64,000 nucleotides of DNA from Moniliella sp. 'wahieum' (taxonomy: Eukaryota), in the NCBI GenBank assembly GCA_003971905.1, contig RSEE01000085.1:62001-126000 (forward strand), in the 5' to 3' direction. Positions within the stretch are counted from its first letter, which is position 1, and each line of letters opens with the position of its first letter. A model generated the notes under the pieces. It was not told the DNA's origin. It ran no database searches and saw nothing but the letters and a program-made list of their open reading frames with translations. A program made the position numbers and the translations under genes. Positions 38,161-51,780 of the stretch are shown in pieces.

Positions 38161-39225
38161 GGGGAGGCCGATGAGGAGGAGCAGGGAAAGGGTACGGGAG
38201 GGGGGGGCAAAAGGATGTATTAGGGCAAAGGCAGGCAGGCTTATATGCATCAAATGTCTGATGTGGTTCGGCCTCGCGCGGCGGCGAGAGGCTCTGAGAC
38301 TGAGATCTGATCTCGATCATCGCTCAGAATGGATTCGGAGGACGCGCCGGAACAAAGCATTGCAACGGTGGCCAGCCAGCAGGCAGGCAGCTCTCTCTTG
38401 CGTTGACGTTGACGCCTGCCCAGCGCTTACGCTCCTTTTGCCCGTCGGTGCCGCTCTCTGTCCACGTCCGAGGGCGCAGATCCTGGATCCATCCACCTTG
38501 CGCCACGCCAGGCCATGCGCAGCCTGGTATTCGGTACCGGTACGGTCGCGCACGCCGCACCCAGTCGTTCAGCTCAGCACCACACCTGTGTGCCCGATCC
38601 GCATCGATCGGGCCAGCCACCACCGCCCACCAGGCCCCACCGCCGCTTGCCTCCTGGCCCATGCCGGTCGATGCCGAGGAGATGGATGATCCCGACGCGC
38701 CGATCTTCCTTCCCATAGTCTGGCTCGCTGCCTTGGGGCGTGGCTCAGCAGGCATGTCACAGACAGGTCAGGTGACCAATGCATGGCCACTTTGAGCATC
38801 CGAATTGCAACGTTCGACCAAGGGCGCTAGGGTTGCTCCTGTTGACTGGCGCTGCGCGCTGCCATGCCTAGCTAGGCCAGGCGCACCCGCACACCCGTAT
38901 ATTTCAAAGGCACGCTTTCACGCCCAGCGCCACGCCAGTGTGCGGGGGCAGAGCGTGCGCGTCGCTCGGATGGGGCCACTGGAGCAGTCCCCAAAGGTTT
39001 CACCCTGACCCCACCAGCTGAGCCTATTCTGTACTCGGTCTCAGATCTCAGTACGCGGCACTCGGTACTCCCCACGGGACTCGGTCTATCGTCTGTGGAG
39101 TGCCCCCCGCTCCCTGTCAGCCCTGTGCTGGGCGTAGGCCTTCGGCACGCACCGCGTATCCAGCTTCACCTGCCTCACCTCCCCTCCACCGGCCCCTTCT
39201 CGCGTCCTCTGTTGCCGCCGCCGCC

Positions 39226-40429
39226 ATGGACGGGTATCTCCACAAGTTCAAGCTCGCTGCCCACAAGGCAGGCATCCAGGCCACCGCCTTTGCCCAGCAA
39301 ACTGCCGCCAGATCAACGAGCAGGTCCAGGTTGCCCAGCAGGGCTTCACCCTCCCCAAGGAGTGCCAGCGGGCCGCCACTATTCTCCAATCCTTCCTTGC
39401 CGACCCGGAAAACCCCAACTCTGCTCTCAACTCCATCCCCAAGGCGGTGTTGCAGCGCGCCCAGGGCGCCGTCTTCAGCGTGCTCAAGGGGGGCTTTATT
39501 TGGTCCGCCAAAGCAGGCTCGGGGATTGTGGTCGCTCGTCTGCCGGACGGATCATGGTCTGCACCCTCGTGCATTGCCACGGGTGGTGTGGGCGTTGGTT
39601 TCCAGGTATGTTTTTTCGGTCTGCACTCCCATGTTAGCACTAACCCGCTCCTCGTCAGATTGGTGCCGACTTGTCCGAGTTTGTCCTGGTGATGAACAGC
39701 CAAGAAGCAGTTCGGTCTTTTACACTGGCAGGCAATCTGACTCTTGGTGGCTCGCTCTCTGCTACAGCGGGACCGATTGGGACGGGTGGCGCCGTGCAGA
39801 CGGCTGTGGCCCACCCCTCGCCCATCTTTAGCTACAGTCGAAGCAAGGGGCTGTACGCAGGCGTGTCGTTGGAAGGCGTGGCACTCATCGAGCGCAAAGA
39901 TGCCAACCGCGAATTTTACGGTATGGACATTCCGGCCCGGGACTTGCTCGAGGGTCGTATGCCGGCGCCCGAAGCAGCGTCACCGATGTACGAAGAGTAA
40001 TTGAGGCGGGCCGAGCAAGTGGATGAGACAGGGGTGCCGCAACATGCGTATGTGCCCGGCGACCAGATGCACGACAGCGAGGGATACGATTTGGATGATG
40101 GCCCAGCGCCAATTCAGACGCTGGACCACGGTGTGCCAACGACACAACATCGCGTGCCTCCCGTGTCCTCGGATGCACCCGCAGCGGACGAAGAACCAGT
40201 GCCTGCGACTGGAGAGGCGCAGACCGGCAGCGATGTCCCGCCGGGCAAACCAATTTTTGACGCGTACGTCCCTTCCGGTATCTTTGCCCAAAGAAAATCC
40301 CTGACTGTGCCTTCCCATCTGCCAGGTCCAACATCAATTAAGCGCATGTTACTGCCTCCCTCCCAACTGTGCATGGGTGGGGCACAATTGCGCATACCCA
40401 CTCCCTGTTGTCTACGTCATGCATCATGA
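39226..40429 (+). CDS. Ysc84/Lsb3-type actin/lipid-binding (YAB/SYLF) domain protein, no SH3 seen; end approximate
   Basis: IPKAVLQRAQG...SVLKGGFIWSAKAGSGIVVARLPDGSWSAPSCIATGGVGVGFQ|IGAD.SEFVLVMNSQEAVRSF...GNLTLGGSLSATAGPIG...IFSYSRSKGLYAGVSLEG...ERKDANREFYG. Confidence 0.9.
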
Positions 40430-41403
40430 AAATACCCTTGTTTGGCATCGATTCACGAGCGGTATACTTGACACGGGAGCCCTCCTTCCTGATCATCAAG
40501 TCCATTGGCTTTGGCTGTTTATGCTTCCCATTCCCCTCCCCTCTTTACCCTGGTTGAATTGTCCCGTTGCTGAAGCGTATTCGGACGCGCGCGCAGTTGC
40601 ACATGTTGAGTGGTTGTATATCATTGTAGCCTGGTTCCCCTTCTGTACGTCCGCTCGGGTGCACACCTTGCGTCGACGTGGTGCTGCGCGGTTGAAGGTT
40701 GGACGTTTAAAGATACGGCTCGTTGTTATCAAAAGGGAAACTGCGCAACGGGTGCACGCGCAGCTTGTGTCCTTGATAATCGTCGAGTGGCCTGAGCGCC
40801 TGAAGCTTGAGCTCATTCATCATGCATCATGCATGCGTGTCATCGATCATCTCGGACAGATTGGATCGCCCTGTTCCTGACAGACGCGGTTTCTCTGGTG
40901 GCGTGTGGGGGCGGACGTAGGCCTGTACTAGCCAAAAGGGGATGACTCGATGACTAGGATGACTACTAGATACGCGCACCAGGCACAAGGTGCGGCCAGA
41001 AAAAACAGGGTCGGCACAATATTAATCCCTGAGGTGGATTCGGAGGGCTTCCATCTCGACTTGATGTTTCCTTCGGGCTTCTGGACTCTCTGTACCAGTT
41101 CGCCAGCGGGATGAACCGGAAACCGACATGGTAGCAGGAGGGAGTGCCCGCTTACTGGTTATTGAACCGCTGGCTCAGCCAGTGCCTCTCCATTCTAGTA
41201 CAATTGCCTTTTAGCGGCCCCAATAGCTGCACCGGCCGACGGTGCCTGTCAGTACAGTATAGTACCACCCGCAACTGCCGCTCCGCGCATGGATTTAGAA
41301 CACAGAGTACTTTATCATATGGCGCAAAACACGGTACGCACTCACATATAATAGCAGCTTCTATCCACAACACCATTCCAAACCCACCCGTCGGTTTCCT
41401 GAC

Positions 41404-42143
41404 ATGGCCCTCCTTCTTCCCCATTCAAGCCCAACCATAACGAACCGCCGGCTGAACACCAAAGCCCTCCTCGCAAGTGAGGAATACCGAATCACCACGA
41501 GGACAGCACTTGTGGCGCCAGAGGCTGAACAAACTGGCGCATACCTTCTTCACTGCTGCTCCCAAAACTGAACGCAAGCCCTCCCCTGTCCCCGTACAAG
41601 GGTCATCAACCGCAACGACCGATTGGCAGACCGATCCGCTCTCTACGTTTGGCTTTGAAGGATGGGAAGATGAAGAAGACACATTTGAGACGATCCCTCT
41701 TTCCCTCCCCTCGTCCATACCTCCCTTCCAATTTGGGGCAGCCTTAGCCCCTCGGATGAACGTACGAGCGATCCAAGAGCTGCTCGCCTCGATAGCCGCC
41801 GGCATACCGGCGTTGCTCGCACCCTCTGTCCCGACCCCCCCGTGTACGATTCCAGCGACAAAATGGATCGGTGCTCAGCTCAGGCGGGAGCGGTCGTCTG
41901 GCCCGCTCTTGGACCACCGCTCGAACTGTGACCCAACGCACCTTGTCTTCTTGGACCAGTCCACCGGTTCCACTCCAGCTGCACCCTTGTCTCCCTCAGT
42001 GTCTTCTCTCCCTTCCACACCGTGCCACCTAGCCACGCCGTCCCGGATGCAACAGTGACGACCAACCTCACCAACCGCACCAGCCGCACCAGCGGCCCGG
42101 AGGACACCGAAAGTGGACGACGAACACGCCGGGTCGGCATGAA
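41404..42143 (+). CDS. Hypothetical Ser/Pro-rich protein (no recognisable domain)
   Basis: 193-aa ORF 41477-42058 with protein-like composition. Start and end uncertain because of possible indels. Confidence 0.35.
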
Positions 42144-44539
42144 GCGAGGCTATGAGTCCACCCAATGATTATTATAGTCGTTGCCCTCTCTACAGTTTCC
42201 TTGTGAGGCAATGCTTCCTACTTTCTTTTCTCGTATGCGGGTGACCACGCTGAATACTGGTATAGGCTCATTTTTTTTCCTTTCGTTCAAGTCTGCGTTC
42301 CATTGCAGAGTATCATATGTACTTAGCTACATAGCAATAGCCGTGACATGGTATGATATATGCTCTCCCGCACTCGCTCTCCTCCGTCGTCGAAAAGACC
42401 ATGCAAGCAAGTTTGGTGTAACCAATAACCCATACCTTTCACCGTTCCACCGTCTGCATTTTGGCATGTGGGGACAGATTAGCTGTTGGGTCTTACCACA
42501 CCTGCCGTCGTCGGCCTGTTGCATGATTGCCACGGCTACTATATATATACGCAGTGAAAGATCAAGGACATCTGGAAACATTGGACATTATGCGCTGGCC
42601 ATAGTATGCCAGCGGTAACTTTTGAAGATCTATATCGAGCGTAGATCGCATCAGGGGGCTTGGGAAGCTAGCCCCTGCATCCTATAGACACAGGCTTCCA
42701 TGTTTCCTGCTCTATATATGAGACTGGTTTTATCCATAGGACGAAGAGACGTGCTGTGGCTGCCCCCAGTACATTTCTTGTTGAGAGTAGGAAGCTATCT
42801 ACCCTGAACCCCACCTTGTTGTCAGTGTAACTTGTTTAGTTCGTGTTCAGTACGCCTCGTGCCCAAAAGGCCTGATGCCGGTCTTCTTACAACTGTGTCA
42901 ACCTCAGGCCTCATCACATCCAAGGCCTCCTCTCTTCCTGTCACCACTTCCTGTAGAACAAAAGACCAGATGGTAGGAATGAGATATGAATGCCATGTGA
43001 GATACTATAAGCAAACGTGAGAGGACCAAAAGGTTTTCGCCGGTGTGATGCGTGTGGCTATATGTGGTAGCTGTAGTGATGGGGAAAGCTGCGAGAGAAG
43101 CGTATGTTCAGAGCATATATCCTCAGAGCGCCCCAGGCCTCAATAGTATAGTCGCGCGCCACGGTTACACGGCACTGCTACATGAAGTCGAACCTTCGAG
43201 GCATAGGAGGTGCATGGTATATGTCTACAGCAGAGCGGAGGAATGGCACATGATGCCAGTTATTCTCACCAGCTCTCAGTATATCCTTTCACTCCACTTC
43301 AACATTGTGAACGTGGAGTTATCCAAAAAGTGGTGCAAAAATTGTGTTCCACAGCATAACGACAGAGGCAGTCTGCTGCTGTTGCCGCGGCTTGGAAACA
43401 GGGTGCGCTTTGGTTTTGAGCTGACGATCGTCGATCGGCGATGGATGGAGAACGATCGTCAAGAAAAAAACTGGAACGTTCAAAGAAAAGTGGAATGGGG
43501 GGAGGAACAGCTAGAGAGCTCGACGACGCGAGTAGCGCGTTGGGCGTTGTGTCCCGCACAGCGTGCCCGTAACCGCGTCTCCTTTCCCCGGCGCGGTGGC
43601 TTTGATGCCAGTGTGAATATTGAATGGGGAAAACGCAAACAGAAACACGCAAGAAGGGTGGTGGTACGGCTGGTGGAATGTAGCACATCCGGGAGACTTG
43701 CTCTCGGGACGGGAATGCTCCAGCTGAGCCGCGTTGCGTGGCTGACAGCGCACAACAATACCTGAGTACAATAGGGGAGGGGACTAGGGTTACGAATGAC
43801 GCGGTGCTTGGGGTGTGGGATTGGGTGGGGTGGATGTGGATTTGCACCGAATGTCTGGCTGGTATGCAAGGAGCTGTGGTGCGCATTGGAACACCCTGTG
43901 GGGGCCCCACAGTCTGGCGCAGCACGGCGATGCACTGTGCGAGTGACGAGGTGTTCGCACGCGGCGCTCTCTGGGCAGTGGCGCCGTGCCCGCCCTGGTG
44001 AAACAGCTCCACTGTCGGCCCAGCATCCCACCAGCCTTGCGCTGAGACACGGCCCCGCGCACGATCAACCAGGGGAGCGACGCCCTTGCCAACAGTGCCG
44101 CGATGCGGAGGCGCTGTGGCGATGGCGTGCGACTGCCCGTGTGCGGCGATGGCGAGGAGGGGCCGAGCAGCGCGCTGAATAGGCTGCGCCATCCACGCAT
44201 CACGCCAGTCTGAGCTGGGATGGCGGCGGCCCTGGGCTGCCTCTGGCCTCGTGCGCGTCGGGTAGGCAGGCACGGCAGGGCACGAAGCGCCGGCAGATCA
44301 CCGCAGCGCACAGCTTGTGCGCCTTGCATTGCGCTGCTGCTGGCCGCTGCCCAGCCACCGCCGCCACCTTGCCCGGCGGACTGCCTGGACTACTATTAGT
44401 ACTGGGACGACGAGCAGCCCCTTGGCCGGCCCGCTTCCTTCCTTGGCCCTTAAGCTCCTCCCATCACCGCTCCTCTTCGCCCGTCTTCCCCCCACCTTCC
44501 TTTGCCTTGCCCTTCCCCCGCCGCTCGTTCGCTTTTATC

Positions 44540-46001
44540 ATGCTCACCAACGTCGCCGTGCTGGCTGCTGCCGTCAGCGCGCTCGTCGCCGGCCAGGCCA
44601 GCGCCCACCTTGGCGCCGGTGTCCCCGGTAAGCTCACCCCCCGTCTCCAAGCGATGTCGCCCGCCGCGGCATGCAGCGTCGCCAGGCCAGCTACAACGAC
44701 GAGGCCTGGCAGTCGGTCACCACGCCTGCCACCGAATGCAAGTACTACAACTACGCCCCGCCTCGTCCTTCTCCACTTCCTTCCTGCCAACTGGGAGATT
44801 GCCGACATCATGCCCAACGACCAGGAGGCCAATGCCCAGTGGGCCGCCGTCCAAAAGGCAGTCCAGATCCCCAAAATCCCGCCCAAGGGCACTCCCACGA
44901 GCTCCGAACAGGGGACTACCTACAACGCCAGCAGGACCCTGACTGCTGGTGGACGGAGAGCAAGTGTGTTACGCCGAAGGCAGCTGGCTTGCCTGCGGAT
45001 ATCTACAATTGCGACGAGCCCGGCACGTGGGGGTTGACCTTTGACGATGGGCCAACTGCACCCACAATGCTTTCTACGACTTCCTCAAGTCCAAGAATCA
45101 GAAGGCAACCCTGTTCTACATTGGTTCCAACGTGATCAACTGGCCCCTTCAGGCGCAACGTGGCTGACGGATGGCCACCAGCTCGCCGCCCACCATGGTC
45201 TCACCGCTACATGACGGCCCTGATGACACCAAGTTTTCGCCGAGCTCTTCTACACGGTCAGGCCATCAAGTGGGTTACCGGTGGTTACGGTGACTTCCTG
45301 GCGTCCGCCTTACGGAGACGTCGATGACCGTGTCCGTGCCATTGCCCACGGTCTTGGCCTCGCAACCGTCATTTGGACCGATGACACGACGACTGGGAGG
45401 TGATGCCCCAGGCACCGCCCCTAGCTCAGTGATTCAGAACAACTACGCTTCCATCATCAGCAAGGCCAAGTCGCCTGCTGGCCAAACTGGCGGTGTCGTG
45501 TCCTCACCCACGAGATCAATGCCGACACGATGCAGCTCATGATGACGGGTACGTTTGCTTTTCTTTTTACGTGGTTTCCTCTTTTCAGGCATTGACCCTC
45601 TTTCCTCCCCTACAGAATACCCATCCTCGCCGCGTACAGTACAAGCATCACCCCGTGCACGTGTGCCAGAACCTGACGCAGCCGTACGGGAGACCAACAT
45701 TGTATACCCTAACTTGAGCAGTACACGGGCGGGAACGTGATGCCGTCGGGCATCCCGTCCGCCAGTGTATTACTGCTTCTTCCGTCGCCTCGATCGAGGT
45801 GGGCATTGTCTCCAGTTCCGCCCAGGCGGCTCCAGGCCAGCACTACCAGGGTAGCCAAGCCTCGGCGGCTGCGTCCTGGGGTCTGGCACGGCGTCGGACA
45901 AGTCCAACAGCAAGTCGGGTGTGCAGACTTGCATGCCGTGGCCATGGCTGGCTCTGCCGTGTTGGCCGCTATGGGCGGTGCGGCTGCACATGCTGGTGTA
46001 A
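44540..46001 (+). CDS. Chitin deacetylase (CE4/NodB), paralogue of 36852-38160, with Ser/Thr-rich probable GPI tail; frameshifted
   Basis: MLTNVAVLAAAVSALVAGQASAHLGAGVPG, QDPDCWWTESKC, WGLTFDDGP, FYIGSNV..WPLQAQRG, WRPPYGDVDDRVRAIA, intron ~45549-45615, C-terminal hydrophobic AVAMAGSAVLAAMGGAA. Confidence 0.92.
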
Positions 46002-47178
46002 CTGTCGTTTTCCCTCAGCTACCCTTGCATCCCTTTCCCTACGTCCATTTTCCGCATTGACGGTTTCCCTAGCGGGTGCGCCTCCTCCCCCTTGTCGCCC
46101 CCTCGTCGAGTTCGTCACGGCTGTTTTTCATTCGTAGGACAGGCTACCAATTTCTTTCTTTCTTTTCTGTTCCTGTCTTGGCCAGCATGGTGCGGTGCGA
46201 AGTGTAAAAGTGGGTACTAGTGACGCATGGCGGCTGATTAGATGCGCTGCACTTGTCCACCCCCGTTTCTACCAGCGGGTTTGCTCTCGGTCTTTTCTCT
46301 GTACTTCTCTCCTGCCCTCCTCAATCCAACCTTTCTCTCCCCTCTGTGGACCCTCGCCTTCTGCTGGCCAATCAGATGCCTTATTACGGGTGTTCTCATT
46401 CTGCTCTTGCAGCCTTGCTTGTCATACGCTTTTTTGTCTTGTCTTTCCCTTCTACTTTCGCTTTATCTCGTAGAGGTCTCGGATCTCACGCTCACTAATA
46501 GTCCTTCCGTTGCGGGCCACGGCACTAGTATATGCGCGATGGCCCTGCTTGCATACATACGTTTGCCATTCGTAAAGCGGAATGCACTCCTGGGCCGGCT
46601 TTCAGGTCTACGGGAAACTGATGAGAGGTCTGTGAGAGGTTATGTGAAGAAGAAACGGCTTGAGAGCTTGAGATTCAGCGGGATCAATGATCGAAGGCCA
46701 GAGGAACTAAAAGGAGAGTGGGTCGAGTCGAGTCTAGTGCTTTTGTGCCTAACGAACGGCCACTAATAAGCGCTAAGCGGTCGTCGGTCTTCATTCGTCA
46801 GGCCTTCTGTCTGTGGTGAGGGACGTGTGCAGTGGGGGAGCCGCAGGGCGTGCCGCGCATGTGACGGCCGGGCGGCTGTTGTCGAGAGGGCTCCGTCTCA
46901 GCAGTGCTAGTGACAACGGCTGGAACCCACTGCCAACGCAGCCAAACGAACACACCACAAGCCGACCATAGGAATGAACCGTCCACGTTGGCAACCGCCC
47001 CCGATCACGGATGGGTGAGGCATGATGCATGACGGGGGAGACCATGATGCATGATGCGCTTGCACAGCACGCCAGACGACAGGATCCCACATGCTCCTGT
47101 GCCTCCACTCGTCCAGCCCCCCCGCCCGCCACCGCCAACCCCATCTCTCCTGCCCGCTGGCCTGCGCGGCTCCTAGCC

Positions 47179-50100
47179 ATGCCCCTTCCGTCGACTCGGA
47201 ATTCTCCGACGTCGAGTGTATGTGGTATGTCGGCCGCCTGGGCGCTGCGCGAGAGAATCTTGCTGACGTGGACCCTCTTCCCCTTCCCCTGTGTGGGCAG
47301 TACCTTATCCAGGCTGCTATCTGGCATGCCTTTTATCCCACGCCATACGTCCTCGACGTCCCCACTCGCACCTCGCGCAACCTCCTCATCGGCAATACGC
47401 CCTGACATCCACTGCCCCCCCGCCACCAAGCGGAAGGCTGCCATCGCGGCATTGCTGCCCTTCCGACGTGCTTAGCTCGTCTTCCTACATGCCGGGTCAA
47501 GGAGGCCAAGTACCCCGATCGCCTCATCAAGCGTTGGGTGACCGCATGACCATTGTTGCCAATGGTACCGACTCTAATACTCCGACCCCCTCTTTTGCAG
47601 CACCATTGCTGCGTTTTCCACCCGCTACGCAACCAAAGACTTTCAGCGTGGACTTAAGGGAGTCGTCGGGTCGAAGAATGATTCTTCACTTTACTACACA
47701 TGCCAAGCTCACCTTGCTTCTCAATCGCAAGGAACCGAATGGAAGAGCAACTTGACGATCAGGTTTCTCTTTGTCCGCCTCGTACGCGATACAGTTTGCC
47801 ACGATGCGTCGGAGCCCGGGATTTCCTTGGATCGTCCAAAGAGCTTCTGGCCCGGCTTGATTCGTACGTGGCGACGCTGGAGCAACCTGCACGATCCCAC
47901 ACTGCGTCAGCCTCCCTTTCTCACGTTTCTTCTCCATCCCCGGGACTCCCGTCAGAAGCAGCTCCGACGGATCCTCTATCTGTCCTGACCATGCCGGCCT
48001 CCGAGCTAGTCGAGGAGCAACCCGTATTCCTCACTGTTGCTCATCTTCTGGGCATTGAGTACAACCAGCTGCTCGAAGACATTGACACGATTCGCCGTAC
48101 TTGCACCCAAAAGGCCGTTCTAACCGACCTAAAGCACACATCGGCTAATGTCAATTTGGGCGACGTGTGGCCAGGGCGAAAAACCGATTTTGACAACGAT
48201 GAGGCCTGGAAGACTTGGAAGGCAGGTGAGCTCGACTACCTTTCTCGCCGAATTGCCTCGTTGTGCACGAACAATCCCGAACTGTTGCGCAATCCTTCCA
48301 CCGATCCTCTTTCTAGTGACAACCCGCCCCAACACACCTGATACCTCTCTTACCCCGGGGCTACCAACGGGCGATTTTGTATTTGTTCCACGTCATCCTG
48401 TGCGGCTCTATCGCCGCGTGATTGAACTATGTTTTGATCGTGACCTACACATGATTGCCTCGAGTGCTGACGACGAGGGAGTCGAGCTTACCATCCTCTC
48501 TGCGGCCAATGTGGACCTGCTGGAACAAACCGCAGAAGTGTGGCGCGTACGGGAGCCATTTTGTCGCCTCGTCCATCTTCAACTTGTCCTTGACCAACTC
48601 GACCAGCAAAATGGCCCAATCACCATCCCCATCGACTGTGTTGAGGCTGTGATGAAGCGAGTAGAATGGGCGGTGAAGGATCAGCCGACATCGCATTGGA
48701 TGACGAGGGAGCAACGCATGCTGCACGATCTGAGTTTCCGCCTGTTAGAGCGAGCGCTCACGGAGATCGCCAACCAGCTGCAAGAGCTTCGGAACACGGA
48801 TCTAGAGGAGCTGGATCGTTGGGACGAGTTGGCAATGCACCTCCACTCCGACCTTCTCGATCACTCATCCGAGTCGCAAACTTTGCTCGACACCCGATTG
48901 GACGATCTCAAGGACCTGGTCCGTGTCCAAGCCATCCACCAATACAAAGAACTGTCAACGGAGATTCTCTCTCCCGATGGGGATGAAACTCAGATTGTGA
49001 CCAGGTTATCAAAGCTTTGCATTTGGCTCGCCAAGCATATGCGCAAGCTCACTAAACGCTTCCCTCAGCCAATGCTTGGTGGCGGCCTGGACATTACGTC
49101 GCTCATGGTGGAACAGCAGGTTCCCTTGTTTTGGAACGATATGAAACTGATCAAGCCCAAGGTGGTGGATCTAGCGTTGCGCGAGCAGGGTCCGATTTCT
49201 TTCGCGACGATCTATTTCAGCTCTATGGGGACGTGGTAGGACTGCAGAGTCCGTTTCAACGAATCTGTCCCAACATGCATTGGAATCTGGATGTGGCGGA
49301 TTGGTTCCAGCCACACGTGGAACATTGGCTACTGCGCACATCGGAAAAGACGACCGAGTGGGTGGACACGGCGGTGCGCATTGACACGTTTGAGCCCATT
49401 GACAGTGCAGGCGCGTTCCACAGCAGCTCGATTGATGATCTCTTTGTTGCTCTGCAACAACCTCTTGACTTTCTCGATGGCTTAGCTTGGCCCGACGCGT
49501 ACAGCCTGGCCTTGTTTAAAACGTCTTTGGCCAAGACGTTTAGTCGGGCTATCGAGCAGTACTGCGCACGGATTGAGGCGATGTTTATGACTGAGGTCTT
49601 AGCTCGTCCCCTGGATGCGAGCACGACCGAAGGGCAAAAACAACACTATGCCTGGGTTGCGCGGGCCAAACAGACGCTAAGGGGGGAGAGCAAGGTGGAA
49701 CCGTTTGCTCTCCAGCCAGCAACGTGCGTCAAACTCAACAATATTCAGAAAGCACGCCAGTTGCTCGACACGCTCTATACCAAGATGGATGCCGATGCCC
49801 AGTCAAACATTCTTGCTCAGCACGCCTTGGCCAACCGGAGCGAGACTGGTGGTTCACCCATTCCTGAGCCTGGGCTTGTGGGACAGGAGCGTCAGCGACA
49901 CCTATTCACCATCAAGGTTGTCCAAGCTGACGGGCTCCGTTCGGTTGGAATGGGTACTGGGTTCGATGCGCCCCTTGACTCATTTGTTGTGCTGAGCAAT
50001 GAGGCGACACGCACCCAGCTCGCCCGGACACGGACCGTGTACGATACGTGTGAACCGCGGTGGGACGAGTCATATGACATTGCTGTTGAGGACCCAGTCT

Positions 50101-51780
50101 GGCTCACGCTAACGGTCATGGAACGTCAAATGATGGGGCAGAGCAGTCCTGCGGACGAACAATGATCAAGCTGGATCCCGACTTGTTCCAAGAGCTTACG
50201 AGCACGACTTGGTTTTGGACTCGACATGCAAGGAAAGCTTCACCTCCGCCTCAGCGTCGAGACAGAGCAAGAGCATATTCTCTTTCATTTTGGCCGTGCT
50301 TTCCGCTCACTGAAGCGGTGTGAAAGTGACATGATCCGCACCATCGTCGACAAGATTGGTGTCTTTATCAGGCAATGCCTCTCGCGGAGTACAGTCAAGT
50401 CGCTCGTGAGAACCCATACGTCGATGGGAAAAAGCTTGGGGAAAGTCAAGAATTTTGCCTCGTCCGCCTGGGCCGCGACGACCAGCGGTACCAGCGACTC
50501 GCTCATTCCTCCCGTTGACACGGGGCCATTGCGAGCACGCACCAAAGGGATCGAGCTCACGGATGCCGAGATCGAGCACGCGATTGCCCCTTTACTCGAC
50601 TACTTTGACACAGTGCTCGCCACTCTCAACGAGAACCTGAACCCAGATGAACGATTGACGGTGCTGTCCAAAGTGTGGAAGCAAGTGCTGATCACGCTAC
50701 AGGGGATTCTGTTACCCCCCCTGTCGGACGAGCCGTCAAGCATGCGGCGCCGCTGGACGATCGTCACATTGCTGTGGTAATGAAGTGGCGCCTCTTCCTC
50801 TTTACTTACTTTTTAGCCCGCGATGAGGAGACCAACGAGGTGCATGGACTTCCGGTGGATGTGCTTCAGACGGCCAAGTTCCGTGAGCTGGATGAGTTTG
50901 TGGTACTGAACGACTTGTCGACGGATGAGTTGATGCTCGAGTGTTCACGTGTTATGCAACGCTCCTTGCAAAAACAGGCCAATTCCCAGACGGTCGGGAG
51001 GACGAAAAGTGTGATCAACCAGCGCTCCTTGGGAACTATCAAGAAGCGCAAGGCTCAGAAGAAAGTCCTGGACGACTTTTACAGAGGAGGTTATCCTTCG
51101 TATCCTCCGGTACGTCTTTTTTTCTTTTTTTGTTTGCTTCGTCACGATCCATCTGCTTTTGCTGACCTTGCGCGCTCCCTCTCTCCCAGCATGCGCCCTG
51201 GCACGCAAGAGTTTCTTTCCCAGCAACTTCGCATGAAGTTGGCCACTTCGGCCCTTGGCGCCAAACCCGCCAGTCGCACTTCCCGTCTTTGGGGAGGCAA
51301 GCGCGGTGGGCGGGGACACCGTCTTGTATCCTCCCTCTCGCAAGTCCCAACTTTGCCCCCGCTCCTCCCCTCTCGCCTTGGAGTCTCCAATGCCTCCAGC
51401 CGCACCCACCACGTCTCGCTCGACCGCACGGTTCCTCCCCAAGGGATTGGCCATAGCAGTGCGGGCAGCCTAGGCTCTACCATACCCCCAGTCCCAGTCC
51501 CAGCCCCAGCTCCTGCGCCTGCGACTGCGCCGGTGCCACGGAGCACGGGCCCAGCAAGCGTGATGTGCCGTTGCCGGCACCGCCTCCACTGCCACCGCGT
51601 AACGTGTGTGTGGGTGACGAGTACGCTAGATACCTACCGTATACCTTACCTACCTTCTTGCCTACCTCACCTACCGGTACCCAACCTTTCGATACCCGTG
51701 ATGCTCGTGTTCTATTTTCGCATTCGCCGCTTTTGTCATCATTCGCCGCTTTTGTTCGCATTCGCTGCCGCATACCCTAG
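47179..51780 (+). CDS. Large Munc13-homology (MHD1/MHD2) + C2-domain protein (YOR296W/Git1-like); frameshifted, end approximate
   Basis: FVFVPRHPVRLYRR, WVDTAVRIDTFEP...HSSSIDDLF...DFLDGLAWPD, CVKLNNIQKARQLLD, C2 domain LFTIKVVQADGL...DSFVVLS...ARTRTVYDTCEPRWDESYDI, ILFHFGRAFRSLKRCESDMIRTIVDKI, IAPLLDYFD...LLPPLSD. Confidence 0.85.

Noticed and set aside
42600..43360. Possible decayed retroelement integrase on the minus strand (VEHNFCTT..., HIATRITPAKTF) in a lower-GC block
   Set aside because: The resemblance is too weak and fragmentary to call without an HMM search.
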